A stretch of DNA of 63,791 bases, the filler included, from Chiloscyllium plagiosum (Eukaryota): NCBI RefSeq assembly GCF_004010195.1. It is 6 parts of 2 records of this genome, joined end to end, with 100 filler letters (N's around TTAATTAATTAA, not from the genome) between each part and the next. Parts side by side here need not be neighbours in the genome. Positions count along the whole stretch, not along the records: positions 1 to 14,732 come from NC_057712.1; 5 more parts are not named here. One strand, written 5' to 3'. The position numbers were made by a program, and so were the translations under genes. Shown here piece by piece: positions 1 through 13,785 of the stretch (position 1 is its first letter; every line of letters begins with the position of its first letter). The notes beneath the pieces were generated by a model. That model saw nothing but the letters and a program-made list of their open reading frames with translations, was not told where the DNA came from and did no database searches.

Positions 1-1070
1 CCCCCTGTCTATCCTTGCTGTAGCACTTGTATCCTGGAACATTAAGCTTCCAGTCTTACCCATCCCTGAGCCATGTTTCTATAATTGCTATGATATCCCA
101 GTCCCATGTTCCTAACCATGCCTTGAGTTCATCTGTCTTCCCTGTTCGGCCCCTTGCCTTGAAATAAATGCAGTTTAATTTATTAGTCCTACCTTGTCCC
201 TGCCTGCCGTGACTGTTCGACTTACTTCTGTTCTCAACTGTACCAGTCTCAGATTGATCTCTTTCCTCACTATCTCCCTGGGTCCCAACCTCCCCCCCAA
301 CCCCCAACCCAACCCCCAACCTTACTAGTTTAAATCCTCCCGAGCAGCTCTAGCAAATTTGCCTGCCAGTATATGAATCCCCTTCCAATTTAGGTGCAAT
401 CCATCCTGCTTGTACAGGTCACTTCTACTACTTGTACAGTTCACTTCTACACTCAACATCTTATTATTATTTCTCCCTTCTGGCTTCCTCAATTCACTTC
501 TTATAATCCATCCTTGTTCAATAAACTGGCCCTTCTTGTTCACTCTATCAGCTGCTACCTTCTCCTTATACCCTGATCTGCCGCTCCAGTTCACAAACCT
601 TGTCATACTTGTTTAAACCCTCCCAGGTAGCACTAGCAATCCTCCCTGAAATGAATATTGGTGCTCTTCTAGTTCAGGTACAGCCTATTATTTTTGTACA
701 GGTTCCACATGCCCTGAAAGAGATCCTAATAATCCAGATCTGAATCCCTCCTTCCAACACCGGCTCCTTTACCACATGTTCAGCTGTACTACCTTCCTAT
801 TTCTGGCCCCATTAGAATGTGATATTAAGGGGAATCTCGAGGTGATAACCCTAGAGGCTATTCTGCCTAAACTCCTTTCTACCTCTGTCATTTGTTCCAA
901 TATGAATCTCGATCTCTGGCTGTTTCCCCTCTCTTTCAGTATATCCTGTCCCTGCACAGAGACATTCTTGAGTAGGGAAGCAACACAACATCCTGGAATC
1001 TCATGGTCACAAAAATGCCTATTTGTGCCGTTGACTATTGAGTGCTCAAATACCATTGCTCGCCTGCACG
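1..1070 (-). mobile_element. CR1-type LINE fragments (ORF1 esterase end / ORF2 start)
   Basis: DLYKQDGLHLNWKG..ILAGKF (SGNH-like ORF1) and LNCIYF.AR...DIIAI.ETWL (endonuclease start). Confidence 0.8.
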
Positions 1071-1413
1071 TTGAACTCTCCCAGCTGTACAATAGAGTCA
1101 GCTATTTTTTTCATTTATTTTTCAGATGTGGGCATGATAGGATCGGCCAGTATTTATTGCCCATTCCTAATTGCACAGATGGCAGTTAAAAGTCAACCAC
1201 ATTGTTGTGGGTCTGGAGTCACATGCAGGCCAAACCAGATAAGGAAGGCAGTTTCCTTCCCGAGTGAAGTAGATGGATTTTTTCCAACAATTGACAATGG
1301 ATTCATGGTTATTATTAGACTCTTAATTCCAGATTTGCATTGAATTTAAATTCCATCATCTGCCATGGCAAGATTCAAACCTGGGTTCCCAGAACATTAG
1401 CTAGCTTTCTGGA

Positions 1414-3098
1414 TTAGAACATAGAACATAGAGCATTACAGTGCAGTACAGGTATTTTGGTCCCTGATATTGTGCCAACCTGTGGAACCAATCTGAAGCC
1501 CATCTAACCTACACTATTCCATTCTCGTCCATATGCCTATTCAATGAACAGTTAAATGCCCTTAAAGTTGGTGAGTCTATTACTGTTGAAGCAGTGCGTT
1601 CAATGCCCCTACTACTCTCTGAGTAAAGAAATTATCTCTGACATCTGCCCCACATCTATCACCCCTCAGTTTGAAGCTATTTCCCCTCATGCTAGCCATC
1701 GCCATCCAAGGAAAAAGGGTCTCACTGTCCAACCTATCCAACTCTCTGATTGTCTCATATGTCTCAATTAAGTCACCTCTCAACCTTCTCTCTAATGAAA
1801 ACAGCTGCATTTTGGGAAAGCAAATCTTAGCAGGACTTATACACTTAATGGTAAGGTCCTAGGGAGTGTGGCTGAACAAAGAGACCTTGGAATGCAGGTT
1901 CATAGCTCCTTGAAAGTGGAGTCACAGGTAGATAGGACAGTGAAGAAGGCGCTTGGTATGCTTTCCTTTATTGGTCAGAGTATTGAGTACAGGAGTTGGG
2001 AGGTCATGTTGCATTTCCCTGGAGCGTCGGAGGCTGAGGGGTGACCTTATAGAGGTTTACAAAATTATGAGGGGCATGGATAGGATAAATAGGCAAAGTC
2101 TTTTCCCTGGGGTGGGGGAGTCCAGAACTAGATGGCATAGGTCTAGGGTGAGAGGGGAAAGATATAAAAGAGACCTAAGGGTCAACTTTTTCACACAGAG
2201 AGTGGTACGTGTATGGAATGAGCTGCCAGAGGAAGTGGCGGAGGCTGGTACAATTGCAACATTTAAGAGGCATTTGGATGAGTATATGAATAGGAAGGGT
2301 TTGGAGGGATATAGGCCAGGTGCTGGCAGGTGGGACTAGATTGGGTTGGGATATCTGGTCGGCATGGACGGGTTGGACCGAAGGGTCTGTTTCCATGCTG
2401 TACATCTTTATGACTCTATGACTCTAAGTCTCTTCAGCCATTTCTCGTAAGATCTTCCCTCCATACAGGCAACACCCTGGTAAATCTCCTCTGAACCCTT
2501 TCCAAAGCTTACACATCCTTCCTAAAATGTGGTGACCAGAACTGTATGCAATTCTCTTAAATGTGGCTGCACCAGAGTTTTGTACAGCTACAGCATGATC
2601 TCATGATTCTGAAACTCAATCCCTCTATCAATAAAAGCTAACACACCATATGCTTTCTTAACAACCCTATCAATCTGGGTGGCAACTTTCAAGGATCTAT
2701 GTACCTAGACACCAAAATCTCTCTGTTGATCTACACTGCATAGAATCTTACCATTAGCCCAGAACTCTTTATTATTGTCATTCCTTTCAAAGTGAATCAC
2801 CTCACACTTTTCAACATTAAACTCCATTTGCCACCTCTCAGCCCAGCTCTGCAGCTTTTCCATGTCTCTCTGTAACTTACAATATCCTTTGTCATCATCT
2901 GGAACTCTACCAACCTTCGTGTCATCTGCAAATTTATTAACCCGTCCTTCTATGCCTTTAATCAGGTCATTTATATAAAGTACAAACAACAGTGGACCCA
3001 AAACAGATCTTTGCGGTAGCCACTAGTAACTGAACTCCAGGATGAATATTTCCCATCTACCACCACCCTCTGTCTTCTTTCAGCTAGCCGATTTCCTA
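1414..3098. mobile_element. Minus-strand CR1 3' end split by a plus-strand CR1 3' end (1806-2425)
   Basis: GPLLFVLYINDL..KFADDTK on minus; LERRRLRGDLIEVYKIM and (gactctat)n tail on plus; (catagaa)n tail at ~1414. Confidence 0.85.
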
Positions 3099-5180
3099 TG
3101 CAATGTAATCTGTATGTCTCTGACTATGTTTTTTCATCCTATGATCTGTATGTCCTTGCTTACTCTGATCTGCCTATACTGCTTGTAAATAAAGCTTTTT
3201 ACTGTATCTAGGTACATGTGATAATAAATAAATCAAATCAAAGAAGTTACCCTCCTGAACACAAGGCGGCATGGATTGAAAGTACTGCAGCAGTCAACCT
3301 GATCCTTAGTACAGGGGTAGAGTTCCTAAGGTGGTCCAAATCAGCATACTGAGCAGAATGGACAAAGTATATTAGAGATGCTGGGGATACACTGGATTGA
3401 TCTTTGAAGTTGGTTTAACAAGATGAATAGGCTGAACCATATTGAAGCCTGCATTCCAACATTGGCTGTCCTACAGTCCTTCAGCACCTCTCCTTGACCA
3501 GAGAGGAACTGAAAATTATTGCCAGTGCCGTTACTATTTCAATCTTGACTCACTCAACAACTTGGGATGCATTTCATCTGAAACTGGAGATTTATCTAAT
3601 TTTAACCCTGCTAGAACACTCAGAATCTCATCTCTGTTTATACTAATTTCTTCAATTATTCACAGATCTTGTCCCTGATTTATATAGCCATATCATCCCT
3701 CTCACTAGTGAGTACCGACCTAAAGTATTCACTTCAAACCCTACCTACACTTTCTGGCTCAATGCACAAATAACTACTTTCGTTCGTACTAGGGCCTCCT
3801 CTTACCCTCATTGTCCTTTTATCCTAGTGTACCTGAAAAATTACATAGGATTTCCCTTTATTTTATGAGCCTTTCATGTCCCCTTTTAGTTTTCCTAATT
3901 GTTTTAAATTCTATTCACCTTGAGGGCATCTGCTGCTTTAAGCTATTGAAAGCTGCCGTAAATTTCCTTTTTAATCTTAATCCAATGCTATCTTCTCCTC
4001 GATTTCCAGAGATCACAGGGTCTGACAGTTCCATCCTTTTTCTTTTTTGAACATGTTGGCCCTGTACTTTCCATATTTCCTTCAGAAGTGCACCAATTGT
4101 TCTGAGATTTGAAAGGATCTGCTCCAAATCCTCTCAGGCCAAGTTATATCTGATCTTAATAAAATTAGCCTTCCCCAAGGAAGAACTCTGCTTTCAGGCC
4201 CATTCTTGTCTGTTTCCATAACAATCTTGAATCTAACAGAGTTATGATTTTTGTCTGCAAAAGCTCCCTCACTAATACTTCAACCACCTGCCCGGCTTCA
4301 TTACCTAATATTAAGTCTATGACTGCCCCCTCGCCTGTAGGCAATCTATGTACTGGCTTAAGAAACTCTCTTGGATGCATTTTAAGAATTCTGCTTCCTC
4401 TAAATCTTTGACGCAATGAATAGACCAGTTAACATTGGGAAAGTTGAAATCCCCAACTATCACTATCCTATTACTTTCATATTTCCCTGAAATTTGTTTA
4501 CATATCTGCTCTTCCATTTTTCTCATACTGTTAGGGAAGGTTATAGTACACTACTATGGGAGTACTTTTTTTTTGGTTTTTTAAGTTCTCTCAATATGGT
4601 CTCATTTGAGGAGCATTCTCAAATATCATCCATCCTTACTGCTATAATAGATTCCCTGATCAATATTGGAACACACCTTCTTCCTTTCCAGTCTCGCCTA
4701 AAGACCCAATATCTTGGAAAATTAAGCTGCCAGATTAACCCTCTCTCAAACATTTTTCAATTATGCCAATGACAAGATAACCCCATGTTTAATTTGTGAC
4801 CTCAACTCATCTACCTTGTTTGACAGATTCCTTTCATTCAATTAAGTACTTTTCAACCTTGCTAAATACCCTTGTGCCTGAACTGACCTATAATGTTGAT
4901 GCTTTCCTGACTCACTTATGTCTCTTCTAACCTGCTGAACATTTTCTATAGATCCTGAACCCTGCCAAGTTAGTTCAAACCCTCCCTAACAGCACTAGCA
5001 ATCTTCCTGGTTTAGGTGCAACCCAATCCCACCACCCCCAACAACAGCCTCAATGTCCCAGAAATTGAAACTAACCTCCTATTGTCTAACTCACTCAATG
5101 TGACACCAGAATGACACAAAAATTATTACCTTTTTTGGTCCTGCTCTTCAATCTACCCATGGGCTCCATAAATACTACTT

Positions 5181-5892
5181 AGCGAGTTTTGAGAAGATTT
5201 GTAGGTCTGGTTGAGGTTCTGGGTGTAGGTTTGCTCGCTGAGCTACAAAACACGTCCAGAAACTCTAACCACTCTCCCCTACATGTAGGACATCTCAGAA
5301 ATGGCTGCCAGACTACTCAGACCCCTTGGCATCATGGTAGCTCACAAACCCACCAACACACTAAAACAGCAGCTAATGAACTTGAAAGACCCTAAACAGA
5401 CAACAAGCAAAACTAATGTCATTTACAAAATACCGTGCAAGGACTGTAACAAACACTACATTGGACAAACAGGCCGAAAACTAGCCACCAGGATACATGA
5501 ACACTAACTAGCCACAAAACAACATGACCCAATCTCTCTCACTACTATCCTTACATACAGATAAGGAAGGATACCACTTCGACTGGGACAACACATCCAT
5601 CTTAGGACAAGCCAAACAGAGACACGGACGAGAATTCCTAGAAGCATGGCATTCCAACCGGAACTCTATCAACAATCACATCGAGTTAGACCCCATTTAC
5701 CACCCCCTGAGAAAAAAAGGAAATTACATGATCACAGGAAATGATATCGCCAACCCAAAGAAACCCAAACATATAAATAGAAAGCGGGAATCATGTACAG
5801 CGCTTCGCCTGAGGCCCACTGAAGATGTTACCTAGTAGGGTAACGAAACATCTGGAAACGAACCTTCCAGCTCAGCGAGCAAACCTACATCC
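5181..5892 (+). mobile_element. 5'-truncated Penelope-like element (GIY-YIG) with inverted 3'-end copy
   Basis: NVIYKIPCKDCNKHYIGQTGRKLATRIHEH. 5221-5244 is the reverse complement of 5869-5892. Flanked by the direct repeat ataaatac(t/c)actt. Confidence 0.85.
5816..5855 (+). ncRNA. Minimal hammerhead ribozyme motif, family C
   Basis: CCA-CUGAAGA-U-GUUACC(UAGUAG)GGUAAC-GAAA-CAUC-UGG; stem I CCA/UGG; ACAU is probably CpG-decayed ACGU. Confidence 0.68.
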
Positions 5893-7165
5893 ATAAATAC
5901 CACTTTCATGCCCTCATTCATTCTTCTACCTGTGTCATTTGGACTAAAATGTACCATCATCGCCATCTGTTTTCCCTCCCTTCAGAATACCCTGCAGACT
6001 TTAAAAGGTATTTCTGGCCCTGGCACCAAGGAGGCAACATACCATCCTGGAGTCTTTTTTTGCTGTTTCAGAAATGCCTATCTGTTCCTTATTCCAATTG
6101 AATTCCCCACCATGATTTCCCGATCATTCTTTTTTTTTTCCCTTTTTGTTGCGCAAACCCACTTATGTTGCCATGATGTTACCTGCCAGTGCTTTGCCAT
6201 CCACAGTCATCTCTCCCAACAGTATCCAAAAAAATATATCTATGAGATGGTCATAGAGGGCTCCTGCACTACCTGCCTTCCTATACTCTCCTTGGTGGTT
6301 TCCCATTCGATTTCTGCTCATTCAATCTGTACCTGCAACATGACCATCTCACCAAATGTGCTATCTATGACATGATCAGCATTTTGAATGTTCCACATTG
6401 AATGCACCCATAACTCCAGCTCCAAAATGCAATTTGTCAGGAGGTGTAGCTTGGCACATTTCCTCTATTCTTGGTCACTAGGGACAACTGAAGCATCCAT
6501 GATTTATCATGTAGCACGGGGGGCCCTTTGCAATTCTATTTTCTAAAAAATATCATTATACTTATGTAAGAATACTATTAACTTAACTCCTATATGCTTA
6601 CCTTACTTTGCTTACTTATGTTGCTTTATTATATTAGCGGCTTCCACTCATTCTTGACATTTCTCAGTTAATCCTTTCCTTAAAAAACACACTCTTTAAA
6701 ATCATGAACCAATCACCCATCACTTTCCTGTGATGCCACTGGTTGATTTGTTTTTCCAATCAGCAGACCCTGGAAACCGCAATTGTTAAACAAGGACTTC
6801 TCTCTGTCTGCTTTGTTCAAGCTGAAATGCTGGATTCCCAATTCTGGGCCTTAATTTATCTTACTGCTGACCCTTTCTCTGTTCAGTTGAAGCTTACAGC
6901 CTGACAAACCATTAAGCCTGAAAAATACATTACAAACTATAAACCAAAAAGAAACAAAAAACACCCCTTCCCCTATGCACTGATTTCCCATGATGCACTA
7001 AATTTCTAGCAACACACTCGTTCAGGCTGTACCTCACTCTGGACAGTCTCCCAATGGCTTATATGAAGCTTATTTTATCATGCACTTTGGAAAGAAATTG
7101 ATATCATAAAGGAAATGGTATTGGAGGAACTAATGGGAATAAAGGCAAATAAATCCCTAGAACCT

Positions 7166-7838
7166 TGAGTCACAGGTAGATAGGATAGTGAAGAAGGCGC
7201 TTGGTATGCTTTCCTTTATCGGTCAGAGTATTGAGTACAGGGGCTGGGAGGTCATGTTGCGGCTTTACAGGACATTGGTTAGGCCACTGTTGGAATATTG
7301 CATGCAATTCTGGTCACCTTCCTATCGGAAAGACGTTGTGAAACTTGAAAGGGTTCAGAAAAGATTTACAAGGATGTTGCCAGGGTTGGAGGAACTGAGC
7401 TATGGGGAGAGGTTGAACGGGCTGGGGCTGTTTTCCCTGAAGCATCAGAGGCTGAGGGGTGACCTTCTAGAGGTTTACAAAATTATGAGGGGCATGGATA
7501 GGATAAATAGACAAAGTCTATGGGTTGGGGAGTCCAGAACTAGAGAGCATAGGTTTAGGGTGAGAGGGGAAAGATATAAAAGAGACCTAAGGGGCAACTT
7601 TTTCATGCAGAGGGTGGTACGTGTATGGAATAAGCTGCCAGAGGATGTGGTGGAGGCTGATATAATTGCAACATTTAAGAGGCATTTGGATGGGTATATG
7701 AATAGGAAGGGTTTGGAGGGATATGGGCCGTGTGCTGGCAGGTGGGACTAGATTGGGTTGGGATATCTGGTCGACATGGACAGGTTGGACCGAAGGGTCG
7801 GTTTCCATGCTGTACATCTCTATGACTCTCTGACTCTA
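7166..7838 (+). mobile_element. CR1/HER1-type LINE 3' end
   Basis: LYRTLVRPLLEYCMQFWSP...LERVQKRFTRM...RLRGDL; gactct tail. Confidence 0.88.
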
Positions 7839-8203
7839 ACCTGATAGGCTTCATCTCAAAGTACTTAAGGAAGTGGCCCTAGAAATAGCACTAGCACTAG
7901 TAACCGTTTTCCAATTTTTATTGACTCTGGAATCATTTTTATGAATTGGGGGATAGCTAATGAAACTCCATTATTTAAGAAGGGAGGCAAAGAGAAAACA
8001 ATGAATTATCGATCTGTTATTGTGACACTATTAGTGGGAAAAATGCTTCAATCCATTACAAAAGATATAATAGCAGAGCACTCAGTAGATAGTGACAGGA
8101 TCAGACAGAGTCAGCATGGACTTATGAAGGGGAAACTTGACAAATCTGTTGGAATTTTTTGAGGATGTTACATGTTGAATAGATCAGGCATTATCAGTGA
8201 TGT

Positions 8204-8335
8204 GAGGAGAAAGTGAGGACTGCAGATGCTGGAGATCAGAGCTGAAAATGTGTTGCTGAAAAAGCGCAGCAGGTCAGGCAGCATCCAAGGAGCAGGAGAA
8301 TCAACGTTTCGGGCATGAGCCCTTCTTCAGGAATG
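8204..8335 (-). mobile_element. Solo PLE 3' terminus with hammerhead motif
   Basis: Reverse complement of ctgaagaagggctcatgcccgaaacgttgattctcctgctcc...cctcactttctcct; same family as 18190-18315. Confidence 0.8.
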
Positions 8336-8375
8336 CTCAGGAATGTTCAGTCTAAGAATACAGAATAAATCTTTT

Positions 8376-10338
8376 AGAACATAGAAGAACATAGAACATA
8401 GAAAAATTACAGCACAGAACAGGCCCTTTTACCCACGATGTTGTGTAGAGGGTTAATCCTAATATAAAATAAATTAACTTAACCTATGCAACCCTAAACT
8501 CACTGCTATCCATGTGCATGTCCAGCAGTCGCTTAAATGTTCCTAATGACTCTGCTTCCACTACCACCGCTAGCAATGCCGAGCATACATTCACAACTCT
8601 GTGTAAAGAACCTTCCTCTGATGTCACCTCTATACCTTTCTCCTAATATCTTAAAACTATGACCCCTTATACCAGTCAATCCTGCCCTGCGGAAAAGTGT
8701 CTGGCTATTGACACTATCCATTCCTCTCATTATCTTGTATACCTCAATCAGGTCACCTCTCTTCCTCCTTCTCTCCAGAGAGAAAAGTCCAAGCTTATTC
8801 AACCTCTCTTCATAAGGCAAGCCCTCCAGTCCAGGCAGCCTCCTGGTAAACCTTCTTTGCACCCTCTCCAAAGCCTCTGTATCTTTCCTATAGCAGGGCG
8901 ACCAGAACTGGACACAATATTCCAAGTGTGGTCTCACCAGGGACTTGTAGAGCTGTAGCAAAACCTCATGGCTCTTAAACTCGATCTCCTGTTAATGAAA
9001 GCCAAAACACCATCTGCTTTTTAACAACCTTATTCACTTGGGTGGCAACTTTGAGGGATCTATGCACTTGCACATCCTGATCCCTCTGTTCCTCCACACT
9101 GCCAAGAATCTTGTCTTTAATCCTATATTCAGCATTTGAGTTTGACCATCCAAATGCATCACTTCACATTTATCCAGGTTGAACTCCATCTGCCATTTCT
9201 CAGCCCAACTTTGCATTCTGTCTATGTCGCGCTGCAGCCTGCAATAGCCCTCTATACTATCAACGACACCTCCAACCTTTGTGTCATCTGCACATGTACT
9301 AACCCACCCCTCAACCTCCTCATCCAAGTCATTTATAAAAACTACAAAGAACAGAGGCCCAAGAACAGAGCCCTGCGGGACCCCACTCAACATTGACCTC
9401 CATGCAGAATACTTTCCATCTACAATCACTCTCTGCCTTCTGTCAGCCAACCAATTCTGAATCCTGATAGCCAAATCTCCCTGTATCCCATATTTCCTGA
9501 CTTTATGAATGAGCCTACCATGGGAAACCTTATCAAATGCCTTGCTTAAGTCCATATACACCACACCCACTGCTCAACCTTTGTCGACCTGTCTTGCCAC
9601 CTCCATAAAAGAATTCAATAAGATTTGTGAGGCCCCTCACAAAGCCACGGTGACTGCCTTTAGTCATGCTATGCTTTTCCAAATCGTCATTAATCCTATC
9701 CCTCAGAATTCTTTCCAAAACTTCGCTGACCACAGATGTAAGACTGACTTCTCTGTAATTGCCAGGGATTTCCCTCATCCCCTTCCTGAAAAGAGGAACA
9801 ACATTCGCCTCCTTCCTATCCTCCGGTACGACCCCCATGGAGAGTAAGGAGGTAAAGATCTTCGCCAGTGGCTTAGCAACCTCCTTTCTCGCTTTCCGGA
9901 TCAGCCCAGGATAAATCTGGTCTGGCCCTGGGGACTTATCAATCTTAATGTTTTCCAAAGTTTTCAGCACATCAACTTCATCGATCTTGATCTGGTCAAG
10001 CCTGTATCCCAGCTCCTCAAAGTTCTCATTCACACCAAGGTCCTTTTCCTTAGTGAAAACCAAAGCAAAAAACTCATTTAAGGCTTCCCCTATCTGCTCA
10101 GACTCTACTTACAACTTCCCTATGCTATCCCTGATCAGCCCTACCTTCTCCCTGGTCATTCTCTTATTCCTCATATATGAGTAAAATGCCTTTGGGTTCT
10201 CCCTAATCCTTCTTGCCAAGCCTTTTTCATGCCCCCTCCTGGCTCTCCTCAGTCCATTTCTGAGCTTCTTTCTAGCAAGCCTGTAATATTGTAAAGCTGT
10301 GCTAGATCCTTGCTTCCTCCACCTTATGTAAGCTGCTT
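8376..10338 (-). mobile_element. CR1-type LINE, RT region
   Basis: KSPGPD, YMDLSKAFDKV, SGVPQGSVLGP, ADDTK, LVRPHLEYCVQFWSP. Confidence 0.9.
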
Positions 10339-10726
10339 TTAGGATAGAGATTAGGAGGAATTCATCACCCAGAGAGTTATTAGTTTATGGAATTCTCTGC
10401 CACAGGAAGCTGTTGAGGTCAAAACCATGAAGGCATTTAAGAAAAATGTAGATCTAGCTCTTAGTCTAAAGGTATAAAAGGGTATGGGGTGAAAGCAAGA
10501 ACAGGGTGCTGAGTTGGGTGATCAGCCGTGATTAAATTGAATAGCTGAGCAGGCTTGAGAGCCAAATGGCCTACATCTGCTCCTATTTACTATGTTGTAA
10601 TGTTTCCATTTACTGATTTACACTTAATATTGCATGTTATTTATATGTGTTTAATTTATCTACCATTTTACATATTCCATTATTTTATTTATTCTTTTGT
10701 GGGATGTGTACATCGTCAGTATGTAG

Positions 10727-11058
10727 GGGTGGCATAGTGGCTCAGTGATTAGCACTGCTGCCTCATAGTACCAGGGACCTGGATTTGATTCCACCCTTGA
10801 CCAAATTCTGTGTGGAGTTTGCACATTCTCCCCTTGTCTATGTGGGTTTCCTCCCATAGTGCAAAGATGTGCAGTATTGGTGAATTGGCTATGCTAAATT
10901 GCCCACATTGTTCAGGGGTATATAGGTTAGCTGTTTTATTCAGGGGAAATGTAGAATAATAGGGTAGGGGAATGGGTCTGGGTGGCTTTCTCTTCAGAGG
11001 ATTGGTGTGGACTTATTGGGCTAAATGGCCTGTTTCCACACTGTAGGGATTCTATGAT
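10727..11058 (+). mobile_element. tRNA-derived HE1/V-SINE-type SINE
   Basis: A-box-like tggctcagtgattagc, degenerate B box, central tgtgtggagtttgcacattctcccc domain, LINE-like 3' tail. Confidence 0.8.
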
Positions 11059-11701
11059 CAGCTAAGCCAACATTCATCTCTCATCCTCAATTTTTAAAAT
11101 AATTAAATTCAATCATGGGATGAGGATATCATTGGTTAAGTCAGCACATTGCCGATCTCTAACTGCCCAGAGAACATTTAAAACTCAACTACATTGTTAT
11201 GCATCTGGAGTCACGTGTAGACCAGACAGGGAAGGACAGCAGTTCTCTTCCCTCAAGGACATTCGTGAACTGGATAGTTTATTCCAACAATCGAATCATG
11301 GTTATCATTTGACTCTTAATTCCATACGCTTGTTGAATTCAACTTCCACCATCTGTTGTTGCAGGAATCGATCCCATGTCCCCAGACTTTATCAAGTTTT
11401 CTTTATGGACACTTCAGCAATACTACCACTTGGCCATCACCACCTTTTAAATTCCTCCCTTCAATTCACCAGGTCCATTTGCTGCAATACTGACATTCAA
11501 CCTTGAATCAACCTTTTCCCTTTTAGATATTTATAGACATATTTAATGTTTATTGCTTATAAATCTAGCTAGCTTTCCCTCTTCAGTAAGTTGCAAAAAC
11601 ACTTTAATATTGTTTGGAGGACTTCAGTTTTGAAAGATTGTTGATTTATTTCACTTTAGTAAAAATACCCAAACCTGTTTCTTTGATTTGGACCTGTTTC
11701 T

Positions 11702-11833
11702 TTTTGCTATAAATTCTGTGTGTTAGGATTGAGCCCTCCGCTACCACCTGACGAAGGAGCGTCGCTCCGAAAGCTAGTGTGCTTCCAATTAAACCTGTTG
11801 GACAATAACCTGGTGTTGTGTGATTTTTAACTG
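11702..11833 (+). mobile_element. Solo PLE 3' terminus, second family
   Basis: gagccctccgctaccacctgacgaaggagcgtcgctccgaaagctagtgtgcttccaattaaacctgttgg; near-identical inverted copy at 63687-63791. Confidence 0.7.
11745..11779 (+). ncRNA. Minimal hammerhead ribozyme motif, family B
   Basis: CAC-CUGACGA-A-GGAGC(GUC)GCUCC-GAAA-GCUA-GUG: stem I CAC/GUG, palindrome AGCU, CUA triplet. Confidence 0.72.
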
Positions 11834-12794
11834 TTTCTTTGAAAGAAGTCATTGAAAGTTCATTTTGCACATTGGAGTTTTTCTTGAACAAGACTTCCTT
11901 GAAATGAAATGATGAACTGCTGTAGACTGCTGCTGGACCTGCTTTTGAACATTGACTCATTTGGAGGAGGTTTTTTCTTATTTTTAGTTCAGATTGCTTG
12001 CTAGAGACAAGTTGTGTTGCTATGAATGAGCTGCCCAACTGATCTCTCCCATTTGAAAAGGAAGCATTTTTGTTGTGTTCGGAGTGAATTCTATGTATTG
12101 TTTGAGAAAACTAATTGAATAATCATTAATATTGTATATCCTAAATAAGCAGTGTCTGCAAAACCTTGCAATGAGCAGAGACTTGATCACCCGTGCCAGA
12201 ACATCAGAGCAACAAACTGCAGAATGAACTAATCTTTATTCTTTTGTATTCAAGATTAACCCTTCAGCCAGAGTATCTGTTTTATTTCAGAAAGTCAATC
12301 TCTGCTGAAAATCAGTGCTTTTCTTTCTTTTCCTGTGCTGTTTTGATAATAAACAATCAATTTTGTTTTCATTAATCTGGTTAATAGATTTTAAAAAATT
12401 CTTTTAAATCTTTTTATATATGTGGTATTTAATTGCCGATTTGGTAGCTAGATAAAGCAATTTTATTTCTTTAACATTTTAGTTAACCACAGCTAAGGGT
12501 CCACCCCTTGGAATTCTTCTTTCTTGTTGGAATGTTTCTATTCTGTGCATACTGAAATATTCTGTTTAAATGTCTCCCACTACACCTTGGCCTGAATATA
12601 AGTTCTTGCCTTTACTATTTCTCTTCACTGTTAAAACTGATAGTTCACCTTCATCTCCAAAACAAAGATCATATTGTATTCATGATATCCTTGAAGAACA
12701 GGGCTATCCTACATCCGCTTCCAGACTTCATGCACCCTTAAATATTCAAGTCCCAGTCTTTGCAGCTATGTCATTGCAATGGCTGTCATTTATG

Positions 12795-13785
12795 GAGTCA
12801 TAGAGTCATACAGCACGGAAGCAACCCTTCAGTCCAACTCATAGATTCTAACCAAGTTTCCCAACTAAACTAGTCCCACTTGCCTGCACTTGTCCCATAT
12901 CCCTCTATGCTTTTCCTATTCATGTGTCTGTCTAAATTTATTTTAAATGTAGTAACTATACCTGCATCTACTACTTCTTCTGGCAGATCATTTCACGTAT
13001 GGCTCTCTGCATGAAAATGTTGCCCCTCAAGCCCCTTTTAAATCTTTCTTCTCTCACCTTAAAAATATGTTCTCTAGTTTTGAACTCCACTACCCTAGGG
13101 AAAAGACCTTTGCTATTCACTTATCCATGCCCCTCATGATTTTATAAAGGACATAAGAACATAAGAACAAGGAACAGGAATAGGCCATCTCGGCACTTGA
13201 GCCTGCTTCACCATTCAATAAGATCATGGCTGATCTATTCATGGCTTCAGCACCACCCACCTACCCTTTCACCATAACTCTTAATTCCTTTACTGTTCAA
13301 AAATTATCAATCTTAGTTTTAAAAGCATTTACTGAGGAGACCTCAACTCCTTCACTGTGAAGGGAATTCCATAGATTCACAACCGTCTGGGTGAAGAAGT
13401 TCCTTCTCAATTCAGTCCTAAATCTGGTTCCCCCTGATTTTGAGGCTATGTCCTAGTTGCACTTGCCAGTGGAAACATCCTCTCTACTTCAATCCTATCT
13501 ATTCTCTTCATAATTTTATATGTTTTGATAAGATTCCCCCTCATTATTCCAAATTTCAATGAATATAATCCCAGTCTAATCAGTCTCTCCTCATAAGCCA
13601 ACTCCCCCAACCCTGGAATCAACCCAGTGAACCTCCTCTGCATCCCCTCTAATGCCAGTACATCCTTTCTCAAGTAAGGAGACTAAAACTGCACACAGTA
13701 CTCCAGGTGTGGCTTCACCAGCATCCTGTGCTGCTGCAACATAACATAACCTCCCTGTTTTAAACTCAATCCCTTTAGCAATGAA
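12795..13785 (-). mobile_element. Two adjacent CR1 3' ends
   Basis: (gagtcata) and (acataaga) tails; RKDVLALEGMQRRFTGLIPG. Confidence 0.78.

Larger units (their letters stand above)
3450..6530 (-). mobile_element. Old CR1-type LINE interrupted by the 5181 PLE
   Basis: IVIVGDFNFPNVNW and AVIDLILGNEAGQV endonuclease fragments; heavily decayed. Confidence 0.7.
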